In this document: positions 1 to 11,166 of the stretch, piece after piece
Numbering within the stretch: position 1 is the stretch's first letter
Layout: each line of letters opens with the position of its first letter
Origin: Corallochytrium limacisporum Hawaii
Lineage: Eukaryota > Protista > Pluriformea
Direction of reading: 5' to 3'
DNA length: 64,000 nucleotides
Assembly: GCA_002811645.1 (NCBI GenBank)
Contig: PDIP01000049.1
Coordinates: forward strand, 56,223 to 120,222
Program-made: the position numbers and the translations under genes
Notes under the pieces: generated by a model
Databases searched by the model: none
Told to the model about the DNA's origin: nothing
The model's input: only the letters and a program-made list of their open reading frames with translations

Positions 1-627
1 GAGGGTGCTGAGTTCGAATCTGTCAAAATTTTCCCGCTCTCCCAAGCGACGGCAGAGCTAAATCAAAAAGAGTAGATTTGATACAATATTCTCAGACAGA
101 GGGTGGTAAGTAAAGAGGGAGATCATGGGATCGCGATTGCAACATTAATTCGATCGCAGAGGACAAGAAAAACGAAAACCCTTAAAATACAGGGCACGTA
201 AAGTAGCGGTTCATAGTGTTACTCGTTGTCTGTCTAGAAGTGTCAATATGGAAAAGCTGGCGAGACTGTCGAGAAGTGCCAAGGGGCACAAAGAGAAGAG
301 GGACCTGTCCGGACTGTCCACATCATCCATCGCTGGTTGCTGTGCGCTGGTCAGGAGATCTGGATGCCTTGCTGTACCCGTCGGCACCTTTTCAGTTCAT
401 ACGGTTGCGTACTGTTGGGTACGTTGCTCGCGGACTTACAGCGCCGCTTGAGTTCTCGGTCAGTTGAGCGTGATGGTATTTGATAGCCCGCGACAACACA
501 GAAATCGTACTACAGAGAACGAACAAACCGCAGTACTATGACATGTTAAGGGGGCGATATAGAAGCGCAAAAGGAAGGTAGGAGACCCTCACACCTTGTT
601 ACAGAGCCACACAAAGCCCAAGAGATA

Positions 628-1641
628 ATGGCATGTGCCTGTGAAGACGATGTGGTGGAGAACCTCCGCTACGAACTTGTCCCAGGGGACCACCCTTGGC
701 TCGACAAGTACGAGTCACGCGTGGTGCATCTGAAGGATCATGGCATCCGCATGCACTACTGGGTTGCAGGTCCAGAGAATGGAAAACCTGTTCTGTTGGT
801 TCACGGCCTGCTCGCGAACCGAATCTTCTGGCTGCCCATACTCCAGACCGAGATACTCACTCGCAAGTACCGCTGCTACGCGCCTGATCTGCCTATGGGC
901 GCTCAGTGCCCGGATTCGATTGAAGAAGGTCGGTGGCACAAAAATGATTTCACCGTCGAAAAGTTTGCTGATGTCTTGGCATCTTTCACGGATGCTGTTC
1001 TCGGGCCAAAGACCCAGACGGCGGTTGTGGCCATCGACACCGGTGGTCTGGTCTCGCAATACTTTGCTGCGAAATATCCATCTAAAATTCGTGCCCTGGC
1101 CCTCGGATCATGCGACATGTACAATAGTTTCTTGCCGTGGCCCTACATGCCGACGGTGTACAGCATCCAGGCTACGGGGCCTTCTATCTTTGGACCTGTC
1201 CTCCGGTCACTCCTGACCTACGGAGCGTGGGTGTACCGCACGCCCTTGCTTCTTGGGTGGCTCACGAAGAAGGGCTTTGGTGTGGACTACGAGGATGCCA
1301 TCTTTGCGAACGTCCGGCGGTCATCAAAGGTCGCATACGAGGCTGCGTGTGCCATGTACTGTGTCGAACGACGACTTGGACGCGAGGGCACGGAAAAATT
1401 CTTCCAGCAGTCGAAGTTTGTGAGCCCAACACTGTTGGCGTGGAGCGCAGATGACCGACTCTTCCCAGCGACGGATGCCAAGCAATTTGCCGCGGACTGG
1501 GCCAAGCACAAGGCGCCGCTGTCACCTCAGGCGAAACTGACAGTAGATCCGGTGCCGGACAGCTGGAGTTTCTCCAACTTTGACAATCCTTCGGGTTTTG
1601 CGGAGAAGGTGGTCAACTTCTTGGGCAAAATCGGATATTGA
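628..1641 (+). CDS. Alpha/beta-fold hydrolase (epoxide hydrolase/haloalkane dehalogenase-like, bacterial type)
   Basis: 337 aa ORF with VLLVHG oxyanion motif, YAPDLPMG, nucleophile elbow AIDTGG and LLAWSADDRLFP; context gataATGg. Confidence 0.9.
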   Translation: MACACEDDVVENLRYELVPGDHPWLDKYESRVVHLKDHGIRMHYWVAGPENGKPVLLVHGLLANRIFWLPILQTEILTRKYRCYAPDLPMGAQCPDSIEEGRWHKNDFTVEKFADVLASFTDAVLGPKTQTAVVAIDTGGLVSQYFAAKYPSKIRALALGSCDMYNSFLPWPYMPTVYSIQATGPSIFGPVLRSLLTYGAWVYRTPLLLGWLTKKGFGVDYEDAIFANVRRSSKVAYEAACAMYCVERRLGREGTEKFFQQSKFVSPTLLAWSADDRLFPATDAKQFAADWAKHKAPLSPQAKLTVDPVPDSWSFSNFDNPSGFAEKVVNFLGKIGY

Positions 1642-1791
1642 ACTCGTTTGGGGTTCGTAGCCCGTTAAGGTTAGGAACAGACTACTTCAATCTCTTATTG
1701 ACTACAAATATTCATCACTAAAACTGACTTTATCTACAATTGACTCCTGAGAGAAACTTTGTACATGCTCCTGAATTCAGAACCATTCAAA

Positions 1792-4700
1792 CTACCGCGC
1801 AGCAGCCTGCACGATCGCGTTCCAAGTCATGGGCAGACCCACATGCATGATAACCACAATGGAGATCCACGCAATGAGCACAAAGCGGCCGAAATCGCCA
1901 AAGAACAGCCAAAGCACTAGTCCAAAGATCAGCCCAAGCACGGTATGGCGGTAGTTCAGAGCTAGCCGTAAAGTGTGCAGAAGCAGGAGACGCTCTGATA
2001 TTAAGGCCTGCCGTTCTTTGCGTTCGGCTTCCCCCTCGTTAACGTGCTCATCATCATCGGCGAGCACCGGTGGCACAAGAATACCAGCCAGCGCCCGGAC
2101 TAACGCCGGATTCTCGCCGGATCCGATGAACGGTTCAGCCTCACGCACAGACAAGGCTGTTGCCTCGTCGTAGGCTGCTGCTGTCCGCGTCTCTGTCTCT
2201 GTCTCCGTTTGTCCTCGTGCAGTCTCAATGGTCCGACCATTACGCTTTCGCGCGAGGGAGTGGTAGTTCTTTTCGACGAGCGGCGAGATGCCCTGGCGGC
2301 TGCGGAAAACACGGCGGCCATGTTCCCATTGAGACAGGCCCTCGGGTGTGACCACTGTCGTAGAGACCAGCAGACGCTGTTTGGCTGGTGTCAGTGGCAG
2401 TTGCTGCGGAACTCTAGTGTCAGGGTCTCCGCCCGCGTCGACAGTATCTAAGCCAAGAAGTGCCCGCACGGTGAGCCACAGGGACGCCAATAGCGACGTT
2501 TCCGCAGATGCTGGCCTCCGCTCACTGCGCAATGCAAATTGCGGTTCCGTCTGAGAAATCCCACCAGCAACAGGAGAGAGCGTAGCGGCGGTCTGCGTTG
2601 TTGACGGCGACTGACCACTGGTGCCGCTGTTCAGGCCTAGACCACCGCCATGGCCGGCCCCAAAGACGTCGGTCACAGCGCTGAGACCGGCATTGACGTC
2701 TTTTTCCACAGCCATGAGCACACCTAGGCAGCGTTTGCGTTCTTGCGCAGCGCTAAAGCCCAGCACCGGCCCGGCCATCCCAGGCATTTCGAGCCAGTCC
2801 AACATGGCATCCCACCAGGAACTGATCAGTGCTGAGATCGCGGAGGGGTCGAAGGCTCCAAAGCCGCGGCCAAATCCTGTGCTGCGCCGTTGCTGTGCCT
2901 CGCGCACTTCGAGTGCGTGAGCTTCTTCCAGTGCCGCAGCCAGTGCTTCAGACACCGCTCGGAGGTGCGATTCAAACGCACCAACTCCGAGTGCAGACCA
3001 TCGCGGGGCCGCGACAACGGCAAGCCCACTCGCAGCTGCAGACGAAGCCGCAGACTGTGGCGACGCTACGGACATGGGCGATGACAAAGGTGCACCACCG
3101 ACTCCGTCCACGTTTCCGTCCGAGAGTCCAAGTACCGCTGGACGGACGTGGCCAGCGACTACAGTTCCGCAGATCTGCGCGACGGGTGGCAGACCGCTTG
3201 TCAGTGCCTCCCAAAAAGGCAGCGCCGTAGCAGTGTCGAATGTACCATTGGTACCCACGAGGACAGGCGAGTCCGGTGCAAGCACAGTCGTAGACGACAG
3301 CTCGCGGCGCAAGGCACCACTACTGCTGCCGGCGCTTGTGCCGTAGAGCGACTCGCGCCGTCGAAGCGGAGCGGCCGCAGCGCTATGCACGGCGAAAGGT
3401 TCGTAGAGGATCTGCGTCGGCGACAGCGGCCCGCTATGGCTGTGGGCGATGCCCAGCGTCGGTGGACTCAGCGTTGACGATGGGTGGCGACGGGCGCTGG
3501 TTGGGGGCGAGACAAAGACCGCCGGAGCGTTGGATGCCGTTGTTGACGTCTGTGTTGCTGCGTACCAAAACCTCAGCGCCTCAGTTTCCTGGCCGGTACC
3601 ATAGCGGAGCCATCCGTCAACCCTCAGCGATCCCACCGCCGTTGAGATGAGGTGTAGATCGTCCTTGTCATGAAAACTGAGCTGAGAAGAATAGCGCAAG
3701 AAGTGCAGCAATAGTACAGTCACCGTTGGCGTGTTCAACAGTCCAAAGGTGCGCCACTGCGGAGGAATAGCGTGAACGAGAGTCTCCTGCTGTCGGTGCC
3801 CGTTGCGGTACGATCCCCCTTGGCCCCTGCTGCTGCCTTCCACAGAAGATGCAGAGTGGAGACCAAAGGCCCGCCGCACGTCCGCAGCAATAAGCGCGAG
3901 TGCGTCCTGTGGTGGCAGGCCCATTGGGTCCTGACCGGACGTACCGAAGAGTGATGTACTGCTTCCGTTGTTACGGTGCGATGCTTGCAGGCCACCGTAA
4001 CCAAAGCGTGGCAGACTCGAACCGCCCAGACGCCAAGGCAAGCAGAAGTTGAGCCACACAGCCGCTGTGAAGTGCAAGTACCGACTCTGCCGTGGGTCCC
4101 CGAGCGCGAAGCTCTGAAGACCAAAACGCAGGACACTGCGACTCAGAAATAGTGCCAACGAGGCAACAGCGGCCTCCGCGTCCCGTGTAGCGGCGACAGC
4201 ATGCGTCGAGGTAGACGCTGTGCCGATTAGAAGAGCTGCAAACACGCCGAGTGGGGCGCTCCCTTTGCGACTGTGGAGGACAGCGTCGGGAAGCAGAGGC
4301 TGCGATGCTTGCATTTGCCACTGACCACTGACACGAGCCAATCCCTGTCCAATAAAAGCCCAAACTCGGGGTCCCAAATGGCGCATCAACGCCCCTACAA
4401 TTTCCCGCGCCAGCAGCAGTTGATGCAGTGATGTCTTGCGATGGTAAGTCGCTGCCGCAGAAAGAGACAGTGACGGAAGGACAGCGGACACTTGCGATGG
4501 TGACGATCCACGGGGTCCTGCACTCTCGATGCCGCTGACATTACCACCGAGAGGCGAGGACGCAAAACTTAGATTCGTCCCTGAGCCCGTATGAAAGAGG
4601 TTGCCGCGTGGACTGCCACCGCCACCCGTCCCGCGCGGACTACGCGGGGTCCCGGCGGAAGGTACGGTCCCTCTTGCAGCAAGGTCCTCTGGCGGCACTT

Positions 4701-6591
4701 CGAACGCTTCCGAGTTTGCCCAGCGTAGCCAGTAGTCCGTTGCAAAGCTCGCGAGCACCAGCGCAGGGCTGGAGCCTGTAGCCTTCACCACACGGGCCTC
4801 AAAATCGGCGATGAGTGCTTGGCTCTGTTCAGACGTAAGCTGCGGATACTGGGCGGACCCAGATCCGCCTGCTATTGCTGAGGGCGCCGCTGCTGGTCCC
4901 CCACCTCCGGATGACGGCGAGACTGCGCCTCGTTGTCCCTGTTTATGTCCCTGTGTCAGATTCGACGCAAAGCTTTGAGCACGCGCGGTATACGAACTAA
5001 GGGCCTGGCCAAAGCGCTGCACAACCGCTCCACCACTTCCAGCGGGTTGCGCAGAGCTGCTCTTCGCCATCTGTGCGCCTCGTGGCGACTGCGCCGGCTG
5101 GGACGGACTCGATGCGCTAGTCACTCCGCGTGGTCGCTGTCGGAGATCGACTGTGCCACCCTCGCCCGGACGGCGTGGCGGTGAGGTGTAGGATCCGCCA
5201 ATGTGCTGGTAGCTCGGTGCTGGTTTCAAGGCGTTCGCCACGTACGCAGCTGCTGCTACAGTGCTGCCCCTACTGTCTGTCGGACTGCGGCCATTCTGTG
5301 CGGCGGATGTCTGCGACTGTGGCCCTGATGAGGATGACGTTGCCATACCGCCGCGCTCGGCACGGTCCACCTCCGCAGCCACGGTAAATGGCAACAAGTT
5401 GGCAAGCATATCACTGACCATAGCGTCGTGCAGTGAGCGGACGGGCAGCTTTTCATTGCCAAAGGCCGCCTCCAAGTCTTTGTGGATGGCTGCGCGATTG
5501 CCCTGCGCAGAAGGCGGTATGCGGGTGCCTCCCACAGGCCCGCCATAGCGCCGATCAAAAGAGGTGCGCTGACCAACACCACTACCCGTCTGCGAACTTG
5601 GAGAAGCGGTCGGACTGCCAACAGCGGCACTGTGGTCCGCATGACCGCGGCCACCAGTGCGCTTCGGATTCGCGGCACCGAGATCGCTGGTTGAATCGAC
5701 ACCGTAGAGCGAGAGACAGAGACTAAACAATTCCCAGGCGTCCACATGGATCCAAGCAGTGGCAACGTCCGTACCTGTTGCAGTGCGGACGTCAATGCCG
5801 ACGCCACCGCCACTCGCGCCGTGCGCATCCGTGTGCGATGTCGGTCCGCGTGGGGAAGTGAAAGGCGCAGGTGTCGCCGGGCCGGCGTTGCCGCCCGCAC
5901 CGGAGCCGGCTGCCGCAGCCGTTGATCCACCGCCTCCGCCCGCGGTGCGGCGCCGCAGCGAAGGGTTCACCCCACCCGGTTGTCGCCTCTGTAGTGCTCG
6001 GGCAGTGGCCGCAGGCATTCGTCGGAGCGGCCAATGGAAGCTCGCACCTAGTCGTTCGCAGACCGTCGCGCAGAGACGGAGGATCGGTCCATGAGGGTGC
6101 AAGAGCTGGCGCAGGACGGCACCACCACCTTTTGAGCAGTTTAGCTCGCACCAAGCACGCTCAGGACCCTCAAGGAGCGACTGATCAAGGACAGATTGAT
6201 CAGCAATCGGTGAAGATCCATCGGCTGTGTTGGCAGGTCCGGGGTGACCGGTGGATCCGCTGTGGCTGGTGGCAGATCCCTGGCTTCCACCGCGACCGTA
6301 CTGCAATATCACAGATGCCAGTCCGAGCTGGCCGGTGGGATCCAATGTGCCCACTCCGAACCCAAAGACCCTATAGCAGATCACGAGCCAGAGCAATCGC
6401 AGGTGGGCTGCATCCCCGCTCGCGACACTGTGGTCCACGGATCGGAGCCAATTACATCGGTCGCGCACGCTCATCGCATCATCTGGTGCAAGGATCACTT
6501 GCATTACTGCATCTATGTTCGTAGCACCTGCTGTGCCGGCCAGCGGCATGGCTTTACCAGCCCCGCCGCCCCCAGAACTGTACCCCATCAT
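1792..6591 (-). CDS. SMPD4: Sphingomyelin phosphodiesterase 4-like (SMPD4/nSMase3 family) membrane protein with large low-complexity inserts
   Basis: 1599 aa ORF. Four motifs occur in SMPD4 order: VDAWELFSLCLSLY (cf. LNPFEYYIFFF), WLNFCLPWR (cf. WLSYLQPWR), TPEGLSQWEHGRR...SGENPALVR (cf. LTPLGRYQIINGLR...RSYE..LVR), and LRLALNYRH followed by a C-terminal hydrophobic anchor. Confidence 0.7.
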   Translation of the reverse strand: MMGYSSGGGGAGKAMPLAGTAGATNIDAVMQVILAPDDAMSVRDRCNWLRSVDHSVASGDAAHLRLLWLVICYRVFGFGVGTLDPTGQLGLASVILQYGRGGSQGSATSHSGSTGHPGPANTADGSSPIADQSVLDQSLLEGPERAWCELNCSKGGGAVLRQLLHPHGPILRLCATVCERLGASFHWPLRRMPAATARALQRRQPGGVNPSLRRRTAGGGGGSTAAAAGSGAGGNAGPATPAPFTSPRGPTSHTDAHGASGGGVGIDVRTATGTDVATAWIHVDAWELFSLCLSLYGVDSTSDLGAANPKRTGGRGHADHSAAVGSPTASPSSQTGSGVGQRTSFDRRYGGPVGGTRIPPSAQGNRAAIHKDLEAAFGNEKLPVRSLHDAMVSDMLANLLPFTVAAEVDRAERGGMATSSSSGPQSQTSAAQNGRSPTDSRGSTVAAAAYVANALKPAPSYQHIGGSYTSPPRRPGEGGTVDLRQRPRGVTSASSPSQPAQSPRGAQMAKSSSAQPAGSGGAVVQRFGQALSSYTARAQSFASNLTQGHKQGQRGAVSPSSGGGGPAAAPSAIAGGSGSAQYPQLTSEQSQALIADFEARVVKATGSSPALVLASFATDYWLRWANSEAFEVPPEDLAARGTVPSAGTPRSPRGTGGGGSPRGNLFHTGSGTNLSFASSPLGGNVSGIESAGPRGSSPSQVSAVLPSLSLSAAATYHRKTSLHQLLLAREIVGALMRHLGPRVWAFIGQGLARVSGQWQMQASQPLLPDAVLHSRKGSAPLGVFAALLIGTASTSTHAVAATRDAEAAVASLALFLSRSVLRFGLQSFALGDPRQSRYLHFTAAVWLNFCLPWRLGGSSLPRFGYGGLQASHRNNGSSTSLFGTSGQDPMGLPPQDALALIAADVRRAFGLHSASSVEGSSRGQGGSYRNGHRQQETLVHAIPPQWRTFGLLNTPTVTVLLLHFLRYSSQLSFHDKDDLHLISTAVGSLRVDGWLRYGTGQETEALRFWYAATQTSTTASNAPAVFVSPPTSARRHPSSTLSPPTLGIAHSHSGPLSPTQILYEPFAVHSAAAAPLRRRESLYGTSAGSSSGALRRELSSTTVLAPDSPVLVGTNGTFDTATALPFWEALTSGLPPVAQICGTVVAGHVRPAVLGLSDGNVDGVGGAPLSSPMSVASPQSAASSAAASGLAVVAAPRWSALGVGAFESHLRAVSEALAAALEEAHALEVREAQQRRSTGFGRGFGAFDPSAISALISSWWDAMLDWLEMPGMAGPVLGFSAAQERKRCLGVLMAVEKDVNAGLSAVTDVFGAGHGGGLGLNSGTSGQSPSTTQTAATLSPVAGGISQTEPQFALRSERRPASAETSLLASLWLTVRALLGLDTVDAGGDPDTRVPQQLPLTPAKQRLLVSTTVVTPEGLSQWEHGRRVFRSRQGISPLVEKNYHSLARKRNGRTIETARGQTETETETRTAAAYDEATALSVREAEPFIGSGENPALVRALAGILVPPVLADDDEHVNEGEAERKERQALISERLLLLHTLRLALNYRHTVLGLIFGLVLWLFFGDFGRFVLIAWISIVVIMHVGLPMTWNAIVQAAAR

Positions 6592-7056
6592 CTTAGCTGT
6601 GGTCTCTGTGTGTTGCGTTTACCTTCACCGATCTAATCCACAAGACCCAATTCAGCGATTGGTGAATTTCGTGGCTAAAATCACTCCTTTTCTTTACCCG
6701 CAATTTCTTGCCATGGTGCCGTTCCCTTTGATTGATTTCCCGTCTAAACAATGAGACAAGTGAAACAACAGGAGCGAAATGGAAATCACACTGTTATGTT
6801 TGCAAGCCGGTTATTTCGATTCACAGAAGATCATCAGCACTGCACACCTTTTATACCATTATAGTCTTCAGAAACATCGCTCTATCCGACACAAACGGAA
6901 GAAGTTGCATAAAATGTCCCCCAGACTTCTGCGCCCCCGTTCCTGCCTGCGACACTTTGGCCCAGGAGGGCTGGCCGGTGTTACTTCCCGCCGCCCCTCC
7001 CCACACACACACCCTTCCCCACAAGGCTGCTCTGGCCCCCTTGCCACTCGGAATCT

Positions 7057-7080
7057 CCCCCCCCCCCCCGGGGGGGGGGG
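7057..7080. promoter_or_regulatory. C13G11 palindromic homopolymer tract in divergent promoter region
   Basis: C13 at 7057-7069 and G11 at 7070-7080, between the divergent SMPD4-like and TBC genes. Regulatory role is inferred. Confidence 0.5.
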
Positions 7081-7882
7081 CGAGAGAGAGAGAGAGAGAT
7101 TTCCCTGGTTCTTTTCCCTTTTCTTTTTACGCGCGTATTTTTTTTCCCTTGTGCTCTGCCTTCAATTCCCCCACCGACCGCTTCCCCCCCCCACGGGGGT
7201 GGGGGCCTGTGCAAGTTCGGGTGGCCGGGAGAACGGACGGAGGGGCCGGGCCACCACCAACCGGCCCGGCAGGTGAGACCCGGCGCAGGGTTTTTTCGCC
7301 TTCGCCCTTTTTGTCTGTTTTTGCCTCAGTGGCTTTTCTTGGTCTTCGCGCGTTTGGGTGCCCCACCGTCCCGACCCGGACGGACGGGTTTTGCTCCACA
7401 AAGTACGGGCCAAATTGAAAACAAAAAGTAAAAAACCGGGAAACTATCGTTCAAAAAAAAGAAAGACTTGGCACAGTGGCCTGGAGCAGTTGCGTACACA
7501 CACGCCCCAAACCCCCCCGTCCCCCAAAGGCCCCGGAAGGGACGGGAACAAAGCCGGCCGTGCCGGCGGTGTTGCGCAGTGCCCTGACGTTTTCATGCGC
7601 CTCGGTAGCAAATGCGTTGACAACTCAAGTGGTCCATTTATTGCGGCGTATTTAAAGTGACCTGGTGTACATTTCGTAGAAAACGTTCATGCGAAAGAAG
7701 TCGACCAAAACTAGAAGGATCTGTTGGCAAATGGTGACATGGGTTTCGAATGCCGTGACGTGTCAGCGTACAACAGACCACAAAACACAAGTAGTTTAAT
7801 GCAAGAGAAAAGAATGAGGACATGATTTGAAAGTGTCACTACGGTGTCTGTGTGTACCAACTAAAGAACAAACACAGAAGCC

Positions 7883-9766
7883 ATGACAAAAACCAAGAGC
7901 GCGGAACAGCGGCGACGTAAGCGAGACCGGCAACGGGCTCGTAGAATGTCACACAATGCGGAATCTCCGGGATCGCCCTCCGCCAAGTCTTCGAGCAGTG
8001 CACCTCCCCTCAAAGAAATTCTCGCACCGTCGGTTGTGGACTTAGATGTGGAGGCATCGATAAACAGAATCCGATCACATATGCCCAGGGAGAAGTCAAT
8101 AGAGAAGGGCTTTCTAGTCGACCAGGTGCTGGACGCCGTTGCAGACTACTCAAACTTTACCGGACCTGATCATGATCAACGAAGGCACCTAATTCGCCTA
8201 GCCGAGTCCTTCATTGAACTAACCTCGGAGGGTTCCCTTGTGCGGGATCTACCTTCCTCTGTGTGGCGGTCACTGAGGCAGTTGATTTGGCCGATTTTGT
8301 GCGGGGCGAAGCGGGCCACTGTGTCTCTGAAAGTGTTGCGAAAGATAGAGGAGGTCCACAGCTCCCACAAAGATTGCAACCAGATCGACCTAGATGTTAA
8401 CCGCTCGTTCAATCGGTGGGCTGCTTACGCCTTGCGGGTACAAAGCGAAGAGATTGGGGATCAGAAGAATGAAAACGACAAGAACGCGCGAGGTACATCA
8501 GCAGGCAAAGACAGTGAAAGTGTATCGAAAAGGGAGTCGGACACAGAGCGTGAAGGTTCTGATGTGGATCAGGACAAATCTATTAAGGAATCTGAGGAAG
8601 GAGAGGAAGGATCCCATACACCAGAGGATCTTCTCAAAACTGAATTGCGGGAATCTCTGCGACGAGTCCTGATTTATGGTCTGCGGGAAGCGGAGAAGTC
8701 TGAACAGAGCCGAGAGCAGCGTTTCCATTATTTTCAAGGCCTACACGACGTCTGTGGCGTCCTAATTCTAGCGGTCGGAGAGGAATCTGCGGCACCACTG
8801 GCAGCAGATCTGATCCGCGGACCGCTCCACCTCGCGGCAGGACCCGATCTGAAGAGGGTTGTCAGCCAGCTACGGCATCTCCGAACGCTGCTTGCGCTAG
8901 AGGACTACGCCCTCTACGCCACTCTAGAGCGCGGTGAGGTCGACCCTAGTGTGGGTGTGCTTGGGTGGGTCCTAACATGGTTTGCGTACGTAATTGACAG
9001 CGTTCCACTTCTCTGCTCATTCTACGATGCAACGTTTGCTGTGATGGCGCTGGAACGAATTGAGGCGATGAAAGCGGTTGAAGCAGCTATGGAAACTAAC
9101 AAGACTGGAGCATCATCAGCATCGTCCACGGAGGAGAGCGACGTGACACCAACCGGAGAAGACGACGGCAGCTTCACTGACGACACTGATGAGAGTTGGT
9201 TCGACATTGGCGGCGGTATGAGCGGCCCGATGAAATCGTTACTCTCTGAAAGCCATCGGCAGCAGATTGCGGCCATTCCGCTCTACTTTAGTGCTGCGTT
9301 ATTGCTGTCCAATAGCTTAGATCTACAGCGCGCCGTGCGAGACGAGGAACCGGGTGGCATGGCCGGGGCTGTAATGGCACTCAAGTCGATATCAACGCGT
9401 TTTAACGAGGAACATGAACCGACTGGTGGTGATTCGTCATCGCCCTCGCTCAAGACGCTATCATCCTTTGGGATGCTCTTGTCCAAGGCACGGGATCTGC
9501 GACACCGCTGGCCTATTGCCGATCTGCAGGCCGTCACACCGGCACAATCTACGAAGCAACCACCGCCCCGGGGCACGGTTGTCCCACACCCTACACCTGG
9601 ACTGAGCTATGGCACAGCGCTCTACGTTCGGGAGCGCAGGCGGTTCCGCGAAGTGTCCGAAACTCTGCTGCCTGGGACATCCTCACTGATGCCCGTTGTG
9701 GCCTCTGCTACTGCCGTGGCACTCCTGGGCGCTGCACTAGCCATTGCCTTCCAAGCAAGTTCTTAG
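7883..9766 (+). CDS. TBC1D20: TBC-domain Rab GTPase-activating protein, TBC1D20/Gyp8-like, tail-anchored
   Basis: LRQLIWPILCG, R-finger IDLDVNRSF, Q-finger HYFQGLHDV, WVLTWFAY and a C-terminal TM helix. Confidence 0.8.
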   Translation: MTKTKSAEQRRRKRDRQRARRMSHNAESPGSPSAKSSSSAPPLKEILAPSVVDLDVEASINRIRSHMPREKSIEKGFLVDQVLDAVADYSNFTGPDHDQRRHLIRLAESFIELTSEGSLVRDLPSSVWRSLRQLIWPILCGAKRATVSLKVLRKIEEVHSSHKDCNQIDLDVNRSFNRWAAYALRVQSEEIGDQKNENDKNARGTSAGKDSESVSKRESDTEREGSDVDQDKSIKESEEGEEGSHTPEDLLKTELRESLRRVLIYGLREAEKSEQSREQRFHYFQGLHDVCGVLILAVGEESAAPLAADLIRGPLHLAAGPDLKRVVSQLRHLRTLLALEDYALYATLERGEVDPSVGVLGWVLTWFAYVIDSVPLLCSFYDATFAVMALERIEAMKAVEAAMETNKTGASSASSTEESDVTPTGEDDGSFTDDTDESWFDIGGGMSGPMKSLLSESHRQQIAAIPLYFSAALLLSNSLDLQRAVRDEEPGGMAGAVMALKSISTRFNEEHEPTGGDSSSPSLKTLSSFGMLLSKARDLRHRWPIADLQAVTPAQSTKQPPPRGTVVPHPTPGLSYGTALYVRERRRFREVSETLLPGTSSLMPVVASATAVALLGAALAIAFQASS

Positions 9767-9972
9767 ATTCATTACTTACACATTGACGATTCAGTACACA
9801 CACTGATTCTAATTTCCTCTGCCTACGAAAACCCAGCCCGGGGACTTCAAAGGTTTTCTTCTGATTCATAACTGTCCGTATATAAAACATACTCGGCTCC
9901 CCCTTTGTTCCTGTAAGCGCACCACCGTTCTCCTTCATTCTGCCCCGCTGGTCGTCCCCGCCTACCGCGCGT

Positions 9973-10038
9973 CCCCCCCCCCCCCNNNNNNNNNNNNNNN
10001 NNNNNNNNNNNNNNNNNNNNNNNNNNNNNNNNNNNNNN
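9973..10038. other. C13 run followed by a 53-N assembly gap
   Basis: C at 9973-9985, N at 9986-10038. Confidence 0.95.
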
Positions 10039-10526
10039 CGGCGCGGGGCGTAGGGACTGGCTTTTTTTCTTCCTCCTCCGTTGGCCACGGTTGTTACCCC
10101 TCGGGGAGGCCGGTATTTTGGCTCCGCTGCAGTGGTCCGCTGTCGCAGTTTTATCGGGCTGCAACTTTGGTTCGTTTTCCTTTCTTTCCTTTTGGTTTTC
10201 TTTCTTTTGGTTTCTATTTTTTTGGGCTCTTTGTTTCTTTTCTTTATGGTGTGCTTATTGGAACTCATACCAGGCATGACCTTGGCCGCTATTTCAAATC
10301 AGATATGAGTCATGCAGAATATCCACAAAATGTTGCAGAATAATCCTTCTGACAAATTTCCATGGGAAACATCTGCCGCAGGTTTCGGCGTTGCTTATCG
10401 GGAATCTACCCTCGTCTGAAGTTTGTTTTTAGTGTGTAAGTTGGTCTTTATATATTTCAAACAATTACCTGTGAATTGTTCACGAAGCTGTTTCTTAGTT
10501 TGAAGTGAAACATAAGAAAGGAAACC

Positions 10527-10976
10527 ATGTCCGCAGCCACAGCCTCAGTTGGCTCCGTCGGTGCTACCTCTGCCCCCAAGTCCCAGCAAGAGATCGTGAA
10601 CCAATTCAATAGCATGCGTCAACAGCAGCAACGTCTTATGCGCAAGATTGCAGAACTTGAAGCTGACATCACCGAACACAAACTTGTAATTGAAGCGATC
10701 AAGGACCTGGATCCTAACCGCAAGTGCTACCGCATGGTCGGCCAGGTCCTGGTCGAACGCAACGTTGGTGAAGTCTTGCCCGCTCTGGAACAGAATGCTG
10801 ACGGCATTGCACAGATCGTCACTTCCTTGCGGACACGGTCGGGTCAGCTCACAGCAGAAATTAATGCCTACAAGCAGCGATACAACATTCGCGTTCAGGG
10901 ATCGGATGGTCCGGGATCGAGTGGCCAACAGAGTTCCGATGAGAAGGAGAAGAGCAGCGCTGGCGTCTTGGCCTGA
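10527..10976 (+). CDS. PFDN2: Prefoldin subunit 2
   Basis: EHKLVIEAIKDLDPNRKCYRMVGQVLVERNVGEVLPAL and C-terminal SSAGVLA are typical of PFDN2. Confidence 0.95.
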   Translation: MSAATASVGSVGATSAPKSQQEIVNQFNSMRQQQQRLMRKIAELEADITEHKLVIEAIKDLDPNRKCYRMVGQVLVERNVGEVLPALEQNADGIAQIVTSLRTRSGQLTAEINAYKQRYNIRVQGSDGPGSSGQQSSDEKEKSSAGVLA

Positions 10977-11166
10977 AAAGAACCCAGTTAAGTGTACATG
11001 GTACGTGATTTGTTGGTTTCAAACCAATTTGTACAATGGAAAACGAATGTACATTTCTGTAGCGAACATAGTATGGTTTACTGAACCGTGTAATAGACTA
11101 ATAGTATACGATCATTGTATACAAAACTTTCATAAGAAAACTGCCAAACCCAGTGTATCAGAGGCG

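Noticed and set aside
8-25. GAGTTCGAATC, tRNA T-loop/B-box-like motif at window start
   Set aside because: The T-stem does not pair (CTGAG vs CTGTC) and no acceptor stem follows. Other GGTTCRA hits also lack cloverleafs.
6732-7660. ORFs of 100-300 aa in the low-complexity halos (also 9.7-10.3, 14.6-16.3, 21.6-23.1, 29.7-30.6, 32.5-33.9, 51.5-52.4 and 61.4-63.4 kb)
   Set aside because: They are translations of homopolymer/microsatellite sequence (P/G/F/K-rich), often with non-ATG starts or spanning Ns.
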